Assembly: GCA_016191205.1 (NCBI GenBank)
Contig: JACPPB010000012.1
Span: forward strand, 20,446-84,445
Length of the DNA: 64,000 bases
Origin: Gammaproteobacteria bacterium
Lineage (GTDB): Bacteria > Pseudomonadota > Gammaproteobacteria > Pseudomonadales > Porticoccaceae
Direction of reading: 5' to 3'
The notes under the pieces: generated by a model
Seen by the model: the letters and a program-made list of their open reading frames with translations, nothing else
Database searches by the model: none
What the model was told of the DNA's origin: nothing
Translations under genes and position numbers: made by a program
In this document: positions 29,043-39,034 of the stretch, piece by piece
Position numbering within the stretch: position 1 is the first letter of the stretch
Layout of the letters: each line of letters begins with the position of its first letter

Positions 29043-30266
29043 ATGAGTCTTATCGTTCAGAAATACGGCGGCACTTCCGTCGGCACGATCGAGCGCATCC
29101 GCGCCGTTGCCCACAAGGTCGCGGCGGCGCGTGCGCGCGGCGACGATCTGGTGGTGGTGGTTTCGGCCATGAGCGGCGAGACCAATCGTCTCATTGCGCT
29201 CGCCAATCAAATCTCCGAAATGCCCTCGCCCCGCGAGCTCGATGTGCTGGTCTCCACCGGCGAGCAGGTGACGATCGCGCTGCTGGCCATGGCGCTCGAG
29301 GAGCTGGGCTGCGAAGCCCGTTCCTACACGGGCAGTCAGATCCGCATTCTCACCGACAGCGCCCACACCAAGGCGCGCATCGAGGCGATCGACGTGGAGC
29401 GGATGCGCGTCGATCTCGCCGCCGGGCGTGTGGTGGTGGTTGCCGGATTTCAGGGCGTCGATGGCGAAGGCAACATCACTACCCTGGGGCGTGGCGGTTC
29501 GGATACCACGGGCGTGGCCCTCGCCGCCGCCCTGAAGGCGGACGAATGCCAGATTTACACCGATGTGGATGGCGTCTACACCACTGACCCGCGCGTGGTG
29601 AGCAGCGCGCGCCGGCTGGATCGCATCACCTTCGAAGAAATGCTGGAAATGGCGAGCCAAGGCTCCAAGGTACTGCAGATCCGCGCGGTGGAATTCGCCG
29701 GCAAATACCAGGTGCCGCTGCGCGTGCTGTCGAGTTTTACCGAAGGCCAGGGCACTCTGATCACCCTAGACGACGAGGACGACATGGAAAAACCCCTGGT
29801 ATCCGGCATCGCCTTCAATCGCGACGAGGCCAAACTCACCGTGTTGGGTGTGCCCGATGTGCCAGGCGTGGCCTACCGTATTCTGGGGCCGATCAGCGAT
29901 GCCAATATCGAAGTCGACGTGATCGTTCAGAACGTCGCCCAGGATGGCACGACCTCGCTGACGTTCACGGTTCACCGCAACGAAATGAAAAAGGCCCTGC
30001 GTGTGCTCGAGGGCTTGCAGGAGAGCCTCGGGGCGACCTCGATCACCACGGATGACCGCATTGCCAAGCTGTCGCTGGTGGGTGTAGGCATGCGTTCCCA
30101 TGCCGGCGTGGCGGCGCGCATGTTCCGGGCGCTCGCCGAGCACAATATCAATATCCAGATGATCAGCACGTCCGAGATCAAGATTACGGTGGTGGTGGAC
30201 GAGAAATACCTCGAACTTGGTGTGCGGGCGCTGCATACCGAGTTTGAGCTGGATGCAACTGTTTGA
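29043..30266 (+). CDS. lysC: Aspartate kinase (monofunctional, with ACT domains)
   Basis: Start trimmed to MSLIVQKYGGTSVG (ATG 29043). Motifs present: VVVSAMSGETNRL, GRGGSDTT, YTDVDGVYTTDPR, and C-terminal ACT repeats. Confidence 0.93.
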   Translation: MSLIVQKYGGTSVGTIERIRAVAHKVAAARARGDDLVVVVSAMSGETNRLIALANQISEMPSPRELDVLVSTGEQVTIALLAMALEELGCEARSYTGSQIRILTDSAHTKARIEAIDVERMRVDLAAGRVVVVAGFQGVDGEGNITTLGRGGSDTTGVALAAALKADECQIYTDVDGVYTTDPRVVSSARRLDRITFEEMLEMASQGSKVLQIRAVEFAGKYQVPLRVLSSFTEGQGTLITLDDEDDMEKPLVSGIAFNRDEAKLTVLGVPDVPGVAYRILGPISDANIEVDVIVQNVAQDGTTSLTFTVHRNEMKKALRVLEGLQESLGATSITTDDRIAKLSLVGVGMRSHAGVAARMFRALAEHNINIQMISTSEIKITVVVDEKYLELGVRALHTEFELDATV

Positions 30267-30510
30267 GTTGAGACGACTTTTCGCACGGATCCCGACCCCC
30301 GCCAGAGCCGGAGTCCCGCAAGGGTGTCCGACGGGCGCCGCTGCGCCGGATTTCGAATATTAGCGTTTCGTGAAACTTTGCAGGGCCTCTGCTAGACTAA
30401 CTTGGTGTGGTACGGCGAGAGAGGTGGCTGTACCACCAAGCAAAACAATAACTAACGTTGAAAGGAACAGGCCGCAGCGAATTGTTTTACGGCCATTTTC
30501 GTACTTGGCA

Positions 30511-30532
30511 TCATGGAGAAATGGAGGCAGCA
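30511..30532 (+). promoter_or_regulatory. csrA leader with two GGA motifs, one within the Shine-Dalgarno sequence
   Basis: tcatGGAgaaatGGAGGcagca-ATG, with GGA at 30515-30517 and 30523-30525. This is the arrangement expected for CsrA autoregulatory binding. Confidence 0.4.
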
Positions 30533-30721
30533 ATGCTCATACTCACCCGACGGGTTGGGGAGACCATCGTCATCGGAGATGACGTAACCGTCACAGTGTT
30601 GGGAGTGAAAGGCAACCAGGTTCGGCTCGGCGTCAACGCGCCACGCGACCTGCCGGTTCACAGGGAAGAAATTTACGAGCGCATCCAGCAAGAAAATCAG
30701 GTGGTCGCCGGCGGCAACTAA
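30533..30721 (+). CDS. csrA: Carbon storage regulator CsrA
   Basis: [52 protein letters not shown] is near-invariant CsrA sequence. The ORF-track extension from 30458 is discarded. Confidence 0.96.
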   Translation: MLILTRRVGETIVIGDDVTVTVLGVKGNQVRLGVNAPRDLPVHREEIYERIQQENQVVAGGN

Positions 30722-30972
30722 AATTCGCCGCGGCTCATTTACTGCCGTTGTCACTTTGGCAGCACTTATTGCTGTGTTAACATCGCGGCCCGTTTGCCGG
30801 TAAGGGAGCGGGTCGCAGTCTTGAGAACCATCCAGTCTTGAGAGTTGCCCCATCTTGCGAACAAGATGAACCGCCCCGCGACCGGGAACCTTCGAGTATC
30901 CGGTGCCGGCGCTCTTTCGAACTCCACATCCAATCAAGCGGGTCGGGCGATTGTTGAGCGAAGCAGTTTTTT

Positions 30973-31062
30973 GGTGAGGTGGCCGAGTGGCTGAAGGCGC
31001 TCCCCTGCTAAGGGAGTATACCCTTACCGGTATCGAGGGTTCGAATCCCTCCCTCACCGCCA
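30973..31062 (+). tRNA. tRNA-Ser (anticodon GCU), type II with long variable arm, CCA encoded
   Basis: Hand-folded. Acceptor GGTGAGG/CCTCACC. Anticodon stem CTCCC/GGGAG with loop CT-GCT-AA. Long variable arm. T-arm GAGGG-TTCGAAT-CCCTC. Discriminator G followed by CCA. Confidence 0.93.
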
Positions 31063-31497
31063 AATAAAAAGCCCCCGTCAGGGGGTTTTTTATTTGGGAG
31101 GCCTTTCTGTTGGATGGACGGGGGATGAGGGCCCCGGTTCGACCCGGAGCCCCCGTTGCGGGCTCCGAGAGCGCCCGCAACGCGGGCGACCCGAAGGGCG
31201 AGGGCGCGAAGCCCGAGTAATCCCTCCCTCACCGCCAAATAAAAAGCCCCCGTCAGGGGGTTTTTTATTTGGGAGGCCTTTCTGTTGGATGGACGGGGGA
31301 TGAGGGCGAGGGCGCGAAGCCCGAGTAATCCCTCCCTCACCGCCAAATAAAAAGCCCCCGTCAGGGGGTTGTGTATTTGGGAGGCCTTTCTGTTGGATGG
31401 ACGGGGGATGAGAGCCCCGGTTCGACCCGGACGGGCGGAGCGAGCGTCCGCGACGCGGGCGAGACCCGAACGGCGAAGGCGTAATCTCCGTCACACC
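31044..31497. repeat. Tandem array re-duplicating the tRNA-Ser 3' end plus terminator plus downstream sequence
   Basis: An 86-bp module, aatccctccctcaccgcca...gggggatgag, occurs at 31044-31129, at 31219-31304 (identical) and at 31327-31412 (2 substitutions). A degenerate fourth tRNA-end, aatctccgtcacacc, lies at 31483-31497. Spacer segments also recur: gggcgagggcgcgaagcccgagt twice and (g/a)gccccggttcgacccgga twice. Confidence 0.9.
31066..31092 (+). terminator. Rho-independent terminator of tRNA-Ser
   Basis: aaaaa-GCCCCC-gtca-GGGGG-ttttttatt. The same hairpin recurs at about 31241 and, with a damaged T-tract, at about 31349, inside the repeat array. Confidence 0.8.
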
Positions 31498-31534
31498 TCC
31501 CGGTTCAGGACCTCGCAGACAAGCCGGGCTTTGG

Positions 31535-32770
31535 TCAACCCACCGCCGGAATATCCTCCCGCAGCAGCACGCCGTCGGCATGCATCCGGGTCACTTCTTC
31601 TTCCGATAACCCCAGATACCGCTGCAGAATCGCGACGTTGTGCTCGCCGCGATAGGGCGTTTCGAGTTCCTCGATGCCGGGATGGTTCTTGAAGCGCAGC
31701 GGCATGCCGGGCATCTGGAAGGTGCCGGCGCCGCGCTGGGTGACCGTGCGCACCGTGCCGCGCTGAACCAGATGGGGATGCGCCATGGCCTCGGGCACCG
31801 ACAGCACCGGCGCCACCGGGATGCGGGCCGCCTCCAGTTTTTTGATCGATGCAGCATCGCTGTCCTGGCGTTGCAGCCAGTCCTCGATGATGGCGATCAG
31901 TTCGAAGCGGTTGCGGACGCGGTCGTTGATGTGCGCGAAGCGCGCGTCCTCCAGCAACTCCGGCATGCCGATGGCCGTGCAGAACGCCGGCCACTGCTGC
32001 GGGGTGGCGACGATCATGATGTAGCCGTCGCGGCCCTTGAAGGCGCCGGTGGGGCAGAGGATGCGCTGGTGCGAGCCGCTGCGGCGCGGCGCCACCTTGC
32101 CGGCGCTGGCGCTGTAGACGCCCACCGACATTTCGTGGCAGTGGAAATAGCTGTCGAGCAAGGTGATGTCGAGGTGGTCGCCGCCGCCGCCCATGGCGCG
32201 GTTGAAGAGCGCACCGTTGATGGCGGCCAGGGCATGGGCGCCGGTCATGGTGTCGCCGAGCGCGGCGCCGGGCAGGCTGGGGCCCCGGTCTTCCTCGCCG
32301 ATCAGGCTGCTGACCCCCGAGTAGGCCTGGCCGATATAGTCGTAGCCGGGCAGGTCGGCGAGCGGGCCGCTCTGCCCGAAGGTGGAGATCGAGCACATGA
32401 TGAGTTCCGGATTGAGCCGGCTCGCGACCTCCCAGCCACAACCCAGTCGCGCGATGGCGCCCGGGGCGAAGTTCTCGATCAGCACATCGACCTGTTTGAT
32501 CAGGTCGTGAAGGATCTGTTGCCCGCGCTCGGTCTTGGCATCCAGGCAGAGGCTCTGTTTGCCGCGGTTCTGTTGCAGAAAATAAATGCTGCGGCCGCCT
32601 TTCTGGTAGCCCAGATAGCGGACCTGGTCGCCGGTGGGCGCCAGTTCCACCTTGATGATCTCGGCGCCCATTTCCGCCATCATGCGGGTGCAGGACGGAC
32701 CCGCGACGTGCTGGGTGAAATCCAGCACCTTGATGCCTTCCAGAATCTGCTTGCGTTTCACGATGTTCAA
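31535..32770 (-). CDS. Class III (CaiB/BaiF) CoA-transferase
   Basis: 411-aa ORF: LEGIKVLDFTQHVAGPSCTRMMAEMGAEIIKVE...VLIENFAPGA is the typical family III CoA-transferase N-terminus. Confidence 0.85.
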   Translation of the reverse strand: MNIVKRKQILEGIKVLDFTQHVAGPSCTRMMAEMGAEIIKVELAPTGDQVRYLGYQKGGRSIYFLQQNRGKQSLCLDAKTERGQQILHDLIKQVDVLIENFAPGAIARLGCGWEVASRLNPELIMCSISTFGQSGPLADLPGYDYIGQAYSGVSSLIGEEDRGPSLPGAALGDTMTGAHALAAINGALFNRAMGGGGDHLDITLLDSYFHCHEMSVGVYSASAGKVAPRRSGSHQRILCPTGAFKGRDGYIMIVATPQQWPAFCTAIGMPELLEDARFAHINDRVRNRFELIAIIEDWLQRQDSDAASIKKLEAARIPVAPVLSVPEAMAHPHLVQRGTVRTVTQRGAGTFQMPGMPLRFKNHPGIEELETPYRGEHNVAILQRYLGLSEEEVTRMHADGVLLREDIPAVG

Positions 32771-33007
32771 CCCCCGAGTTTGAAATTATTGTGCGGGCAT
32801 GAGCCCGGTTTGACCTGCAAGCTACTGTGCCGCTTGCGGCGCGTCAATCGCAGCCCGTTGTGGTGCCGGCAGGCGCTCGCGCGCCCGCTGGCTTGGGTTA
32901 TGATGGACCACCCGTTATTTTGACCCCGGCACTTCGACGTGTGGCCCCGGCTGACAGGCTGGAACCGAGCCGCCGTCGGATCCACCTACAGGCAATCAGG
33001 AGCCCCT

Positions 33008-34210
<1,203 letters not shown>

Positions 34211-34234
34211 ACCAGCATCGGTGTTTGAATCGCA

Positions 34235-34259
34235 AGGCTCGCTTCGGCGGGCCTTTTTA
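34235..34259 (+). terminator. Rho-independent terminator after the ACAD gene
   Basis: AGGCTCGC-ttcg-GCGGGCCT-ttttatt. The stem is 8 bp including one G:U pair, followed by a T-tract. Confidence 0.6.
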
Positions 34260-34426
34260 TTGGGCGTGTCTTAGTGGTGTTGTGTCAGCAATGTTGTTTT
34301 GGCGGTGGCGTTTGATCGCAACCGGAGGCAAGCTACCGGTTTCACGTGGATGCCTCGTGCGCAGCGCAGCGGGGCGACCAGCGGAAAAATACCCGGAAAA
34401 ATGCGATAAAAATAAGGAGAACCACG

Positions 34427-35494
34427 ATGAAATTCGGCGCCTTCATGATGCCCAACAATCCGCCCGAGCGCGGGATCGGCGCGGGGCATCGCCACAATCT
34501 CGACTACATCGGCTTTCTTGACCGCGTCGGCTTCGACGAGGTCTGGATCGGCGAGCACTACACCACGCCCTGGGAACCCTGTCCGTCGCCCGATCTGCTG
34601 ATCGCCCAGGCCATCGATCGCACCGAGCGGATCACTTTCGCCAGCGGTGCATTTTTGTTGCCCTATCACCATCCCGCTGAACTGGCGCAACGCATCGCCT
34701 ATCTCGATCACATGGCCCAGGGTCGGTTGATCGTGGGCGTCGGTGCGGGCGGCTTTCCCGGTGACTGGGCCATGTTCGATGTGGACGCGATGGCCGGGCA
34801 AAATCGTCGCATGATGGCGGAGGCGCTCGACATCATGGTGCGCTTCTGGACCAGCGATGGTCCCTTCGAGCATCGCGGCGAGTTCTGGACCGCGCGCCGG
34901 CCGGCGGACAATCCGCCGACCCGGTTTCACCTGCAACCGTACCAGCAACCGCATCCGCCCATCGCCATAACGGCGCTGAGCCCCCGATCCGCGTCCCTCA
35001 AACTTGCCGGTGCCGGCGGTTACCTGCCCGCGTGCATTGGTCTTGGCGATGGCTATCTGCGCGATAACTGGCGCATCGTCGCGGAGGCCGCGGACGCGGC
35101 CGGGCGCACAGCCAGGCGTGCGGACTGGCGGCTGGGCCGTGATGTGTTCGTGGCCGAAACCGACCGCGAGGCACGGCGGCTGGCGCTCGACGGACCGATC
35201 GGCCGTGTCTGGCGGGAGTACCTGCTGCCCCTCTTCAAACAGTTCGGCATGACCGGAGTCATGAAGCACCAACCGGATGTCACGGACGCCGATGTCACGG
35301 TGGAATATCTGGCCGATCACAACTGGCTGGTGGGTTCGCCGGCGACGGTGGCCGACAAGCTGGCGCGCTTGCAGCAGGAGTCGGGCGGCTTTGGTGGTCT
35401 GCTCACCATGGCCTACGACCATCTCGATCACCTGACGGCGTGGCGCGAATCCAAGCAGGCGTTCATGACCGAGGTGGCGCCCCGGTTCAGCTAA
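34427..35494 (+). CDS. LLM-class (luciferase-like) flavin-dependent monooxygenase
   Basis: Start trimmed to MKFGAFMMPNNPP (ATG 34427, with AAGGAGA upstream). It shows the LLM TIM-barrel pattern: GFDEVWIGEHY, LDHMAQGRLIVGVGAGG. Confidence 0.8.
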   Translation: MKFGAFMMPNNPPERGIGAGHRHNLDYIGFLDRVGFDEVWIGEHYTTPWEPCPSPDLLIAQAIDRTERITFASGAFLLPYHHPAELAQRIAYLDHMAQGRLIVGVGAGGFPGDWAMFDVDAMAGQNRRMMAEALDIMVRFWTSDGPFEHRGEFWTARRPADNPPTRFHLQPYQQPHPPIAITALSPRSASLKLAGAGGYLPACIGLGDGYLRDNWRIVAEAADAAGRTARRADWRLGRDVFVAETDREARRLALDGPIGRVWREYLLPLFKQFGMTGVMKHQPDVTDADVTVEYLADHNWLVGSPATVADKLARLQQESGGFGGLLTMAYDHLDHLTAWRESKQAFMTEVAPRFS

Positions 35495-35584
35495 CTCGGT
35501 CTTCCTCGGCGGGGCAGCAACCCGTCAGGAACAAGGCACCGGATGCCCGTTTCCACGGGCATGGCGGATTATCAGCGGTGCGCT

Positions 35585-36667
35585 TCAGCCGCTCACTCCA
35601 CCCACCACGGTGTGGCCACCGGCGCGCCAGCGCAACATGCCGCCGGTGAGATTGGCGACGCGCTCGATGCCGGCGCGCTGCAGCAGCACGGTGGCCTGGG
35701 CGGAACGGCCGCCGGAGCGGCATACCGTCACCACGGGCTTGTCGGTGGCGATCTCGGCGATCCGCGCCGACAGGGTGCCCAGCGGGATCAGCTGCGCACC
35801 CGGGATATGCCCGAGCGGACCTTCGAACTCATCGGGTTCGCGCACATCCAGCACCTGCACGGCTTCCAGATGCTCTTCCAGCCAGCGAGGATCGATCTCC
35901 CACAGCCCCGCGAAGGTATAGGTCAGGGGTGCCCAGTGCGGCGCATCGTCCGGCACCACGCCGGTCTCGGGACGGCCGCACTTCAGGTTGGCGGGCACCG
36001 CGATATCGATTTTCTTGGGATGCGCCAGGTTGAGATTGTTCATGTAGCCGGCAAAATCCGCCTCGCTGATCTGCCCACCGCAGCGCGGGTTGTAGCGTTT
36101 CTCTTCGCCGACACTGGTGACCGTGAGGCCATGGTAGTCGTGGCCCGGGTAAAGCCGGGTGGCGTCCGGCAGGGAGAATATCTGCGTATGGATGGAGCGG
36201 TACAGGCGCCCGGCATCGCCCTGCTGGAAATCCGTGCGACCGCAACCGCGAATCAGCAAGGCATCGCCCGTGAAGGCTATGCTTTCGTCGTCGAGCACAT
36301 AACTGAGGCAGCCGTTGGTGTGGCCGGGGGTCTCGCGGACCTCGAGATAGCGCGCGCCAAACTGGACGTGCTCGCCCTGGCGCAGATAGCGGTCCGCGCC
36401 TTCGACGCCGGAATTGGCGGCGATCAGAATGTCGGCGCCGGTGCGCTGCTTGAGCAGCCAGGCGCTGGTGACGTGGTCGGCGTGGCAGTGGGTGTCCAGT
36501 ACCGCGGTCAGCTTGAGCCCAAGCTCCGCGATCAGCGCGGTGTCGCGGCGCGCCTGCTCGAACACCGGGTCGATGAGCACCGCGGCGCCGGTGTCGCTGT
36601 CGCCGAGCAGATAGGTATAGGTGGACGATTCCTGGTCGAACAATTGGCGAAAGATAAGCATTCCCAT
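35585..36667 (-). CDS. Persulfide dioxygenase (ETHE1-like MBL fold) fused to a C-terminal rhodanese domain
   Basis: N-terminal part: IFRQLFDQESSTYTYLLGD, LDTHCHADHVT, TPGHTNGC, GDALLIRGCGRTDFQQGD. C-terminal part: VLDVREPDEF..GHIPGA, with the active-site loop CRSGGRS. Confidence 0.85.
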   Translation of the reverse strand: MGMLIFRQLFDQESSTYTYLLGDSDTGAAVLIDPVFEQARRDTALIAELGLKLTAVLDTHCHADHVTSAWLLKQRTGADILIAANSGVEGADRYLRQGEHVQFGARYLEVRETPGHTNGCLSYVLDDESIAFTGDALLIRGCGRTDFQQGDAGRLYRSIHTQIFSLPDATRLYPGHDYHGLTVTSVGEEKRYNPRCGGQISEADFAGYMNNLNLAHPKKIDIAVPANLKCGRPETGVVPDDAPHWAPLTYTFAGLWEIDPRWLEEHLEAVQVLDVREPDEFEGPLGHIPGAQLIPLGTLSARIAEIATDKPVVTVCRSGGRSAQATVLLQRAGIERVANLTGGMLRWRAGGHTVVGGVSG

Positions 36668-36889
36668 GTCCTCGTGATCGGGCGGCGGTGTAGCTCCGAT
36701 TCTAGGGCAAGTGGCCGGTCATGGCGACGCGGGGTCAGGCCAATGTTCTGCGCCAGGTCATGGCGCCGGGCGATTTGGTCCGGGGATTCGGCCCGACTGG
36801 CGACCGGGTGTGGTATGGGGTAACTTACGCCGCCCGAAGATTTTCTCTACCCCCGCGCCGCCCGGCGGCACCACTCCAGGAGACACCCG

Positions 36890-37972
36890 ATGGAATGCGG
36901 CATACAGATGCTGTTCCAGAACCCCGGCAACCTCAGCGATGAGGAGGTCTACACCGCCGAACTCAAACTCGCCAAACTGGCCGAGCCTTTCGGTTTCGAT
37001 TCGATCTGGTGCGTCGAACACCATTTCACCGACTACACCATGTGCCCCGATGTCACCCAGTTTCTGAGCTACATGGCCGGCTGCACCAGCCGCATCAAGC
37101 TCGGCACCGGCGCGGTGATTCTGCCCTGGCACGATCCACTGCGCGTGGCGGAAGAGATCGCGCTGCTCGACTACTACAGCAACGGCCGCACCATTCTCGG
37201 CATGGGCCGTGGGCTGGCGCGCCTGGAGTACGAAGGGTTCCGCGAGGACATGAACCAGAGCCGCACCAAGTTCAACGAAGCCGCCCGGATGATCACCAAG
37301 GCGCTCGAAACCGGATTTGCCGAATATGACGGCGAAGTGGTCAAACAGCCCCGCGTCGAAATCCGCCCGCGCCCGCTGAAAAGCTTTGCCGGTCGCACCT
37401 TCTCGGTGGCGATGTCGCCCGATTCCATCGATGCCGGCGCCGAGCTCGGCTCCCAGATCATGCTGTTCATGCAGCGCCCCATCGAGCAGATGGCGGCCGA
37501 AGTGAACCGCTACCGGGAGCTGTACCGCAAGCACCAGGGACGCGAACCGCTGCCGGTACTGTGCAACGATTTCATCATCTGCGACGACAGCGCCGAGCGC
37601 GCCGAGGAGATGGCCCGCAAGTACATCGCGGCCTATTTCCTCACTGCCGCCAACCACTACGAGATGGCGGGTTCGCACTTCGCCGGCACCAAGGGCTACG
37701 CCGCCTACGGCGACGCGGCCAGGATGCTGCAGGAACTCGGGCTCGACAAGGTGGCGGATGCCTTCGTCGATTTCCAGATCTGGGGCACGCCACAGCAGAT
37801 ATTCGAAAAACTCGAAACACGCCAGAAAGATCTCGGCGATTTCCAGCTCAACGGCTGCTTCAGCTTTGCCGGCATGCCCTATGACTATTGCGAGCGCAGC
37901 ATGAAGCTGTACGGCGCGCGCTGTATCCCTGAGCTGCATAACTGGAAAAGTCCAAGCGCCAGCGCTGCTTGA
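36890..37972 (+). CDS. LLM-class (bacterial luciferase / alkanal monooxygenase-like) flavin-dependent oxidoreductase
   Basis: 360-aa ORF: GFDSIWCVEHHFTDYTMCPD, GTGAVILPWHDPLRVAEEIALLD..SNGR...GMGRGLAR follows the LuxA-like family pattern. Confidence 0.8.
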   Translation: MECGIQMLFQNPGNLSDEEVYTAELKLAKLAEPFGFDSIWCVEHHFTDYTMCPDVTQFLSYMAGCTSRIKLGTGAVILPWHDPLRVAEEIALLDYYSNGRTILGMGRGLARLEYEGFREDMNQSRTKFNEAARMITKALETGFAEYDGEVVKQPRVEIRPRPLKSFAGRTFSVAMSPDSIDAGAELGSQIMLFMQRPIEQMAAEVNRYRELYRKHQGREPLPVLCNDFIICDDSAERAEEMARKYIAAYFLTAANHYEMAGSHFAGTKGYAAYGDAARMLQELGLDKVADAFVDFQIWGTPQQIFEKLETRQKDLGDFQLNGCFSFAGMPYDYCERSMKLYGARCIPELHNWKSPSASAA

Positions 37973-38107
37973 CGGGTTGGTGTTGCCGACAGGCGCGCGG
38001 ACTCTGGTGGTTGCACGGCAGCGCCATCAGACCGCGCCGTCGAGCGCGATGTGCCGCAAGCGGCATGCGTCTCACGGCGAACGTTACAGGCCATTCAATG
38101 AGTAACA

Positions 38108-39034
38108 ATGCCCATTCCTGACTACCAAACGCTGATGCTGCCGCTGCTCCGCTTCGCCGCTGACGGCAACGACCACACCACGCGCGAAGCCGTTGAAGTT
38201 CTCGCTGCTGAATTTCAACTTACCCCGGCGGAGCGCAAAGAATTGTTGGCAAGTGGCCAGCAGGCAACTTTCAACAACCGAGTTGGATGGGCAAACGCTT
38301 ACCTCAAGAAAGCGGGGCTCCTGGAGTCGCCACGCCGAGGGACGTTGCGTATCACCGCCCGCGGCAGGCAGATACTTGGCGACAGCCCCGCAAGAATCGA
38401 CATCAAATATCTTGAGCGCTTTCCCGAATTCATTGAATTCCGCGATGCTTCACGGAACAACAGGGAAACGGCAACCGCAGAATCCGTTGCTGGCGCAGCG
38501 GAGCAAACCCCGGAGGAAGCTCTCGAACTTGCCCACCAGACGCTTCGTCGCAGCCTGGCCCAGGACATTCTTGGCCGCATCCTCTCGTGTTCTCCCGGAT
38601 TTTTCGAGCGGCTTGTCGTCGAACTTCTGGTCAAGATGGGTTATGGCGGCTCTCGCCGCGACGCAGGTGAGCGTATCGGGCAAAGTGGCGACGGTGGCAT
38701 TGACGGAATCATCAAGGAAGATCGTCTCGGACTGGACACCATCTACCTTCAGGCGAAGAGATGGCAAGGCTCTGTTGGTCGCCCGGAAATCCAGAAGTTC
38801 GTCGGCGCGCTGCAAGGCCAGCGCGCAAAGAAAGGTGTCTTCATCACCACCTCGTCTTACACCGCAGAGGCGATCGACTATGCATCCCGCATCGACACCA
38901 AAGTCGTACTCATTGACGGCCAGCTTCTTGCCGACCTCATGATGGACTTTGATGTCGGGGTTTCGGTTTCTGCTTCGTACATCATCAAACGTATCGATTC
39001 CGACTACTTCGAAGAGGGCGAAGTTGGTCTCTAG
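38108..39034 (+). CDS. mrr: Mrr-family type IV (modification-dependent) restriction endonuclease
   Basis: 308-aa ORF. Mrr_N winged helix: MPIPDYQTLMLPLLRFAADG...FNNRVGWANAYLKKAGLLESPRRG. Mrr catalytic core: GDGGIDGII..DRLGLDTIYLQAKRW...VG..EIQKFVGAL. The codon and GC usage is visibly more AT-rich than the neighbours. Confidence 0.85.
   Translation: MPIPDYQTLMLPLLRFAADGNDHTTREAVEVLAAEFQLTPAERKELLASGQQATFNNRVGWANAYLKKAGLLESPRRGTLRITARGRQILGDSPARIDIKYLERFPEFIEFRDASRNNRETATAESVAGAAEQTPEEALELAHQTLRRSLAQDILGRILSCSPGFFERLVVELLVKMGYGGSRRDAGERIGQSGDGGIDGIIKEDRLGLDTIYLQAKRWQGSVGRPEIQKFVGALQGQRAKKGVFITTSSYTAEAIDYASRIDTKVVLIDGQLLADLMMDFDVGVSVSASYIIKRIDSDYFEEGEVGL

Noticed and set aside
31117-31160. A tRNA-like minihelix (ACGGGGG...CCGG-ttcgac-CCGG..CCCCCGT) lies in the spacer of the tRNA-Ser repeat array. 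It is suggestive of a decayed second tRNA, for example the tRNA-Arg that follows tRNA-Ser in some gammaproteobacteria.
   Set aside because: - Only an acceptor-like stem and a 4-bp T-like stem with a 6-nt loop can be drawn.
- There is no D arm or anticodon arm.
- The equivalent segment in the third unit lacks the closing strand.
- The evidence is insufficient.
31044-31497. Possible CRISPR array, suggested by regularly spaced repeats after the tRNA.
   Set aside because: - The repeats are 86 bp long and contain tRNA and terminator sequence.
- The spacer segments are themselves repeated.
- The spacing is irregular (175 and 108 bp).
- There are no cas genes in the window.
31008-31581. ORFs 31008..31346(-), 31090..31581(-) and 31094..31303(+) encode repeated peptides (…PPSIQQKGLPNKKPPDGGFLFGGEGGI…).
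   Set aside because: - They are translations of the tRNA-Ser 3'-end/terminator tandem array.
- The peptide repeats simply mirror the DNA repeats.
- There is no RBS or coding signal.
34306-34320. A sigma-54-like TGGCGT-N5-CGCA upstream of the LLM gene.
   Set aside because: The GG and GC elements are spaced one nucleotide off the TGGCAC-N5-TTGC consensus, and the -12 element is poor.
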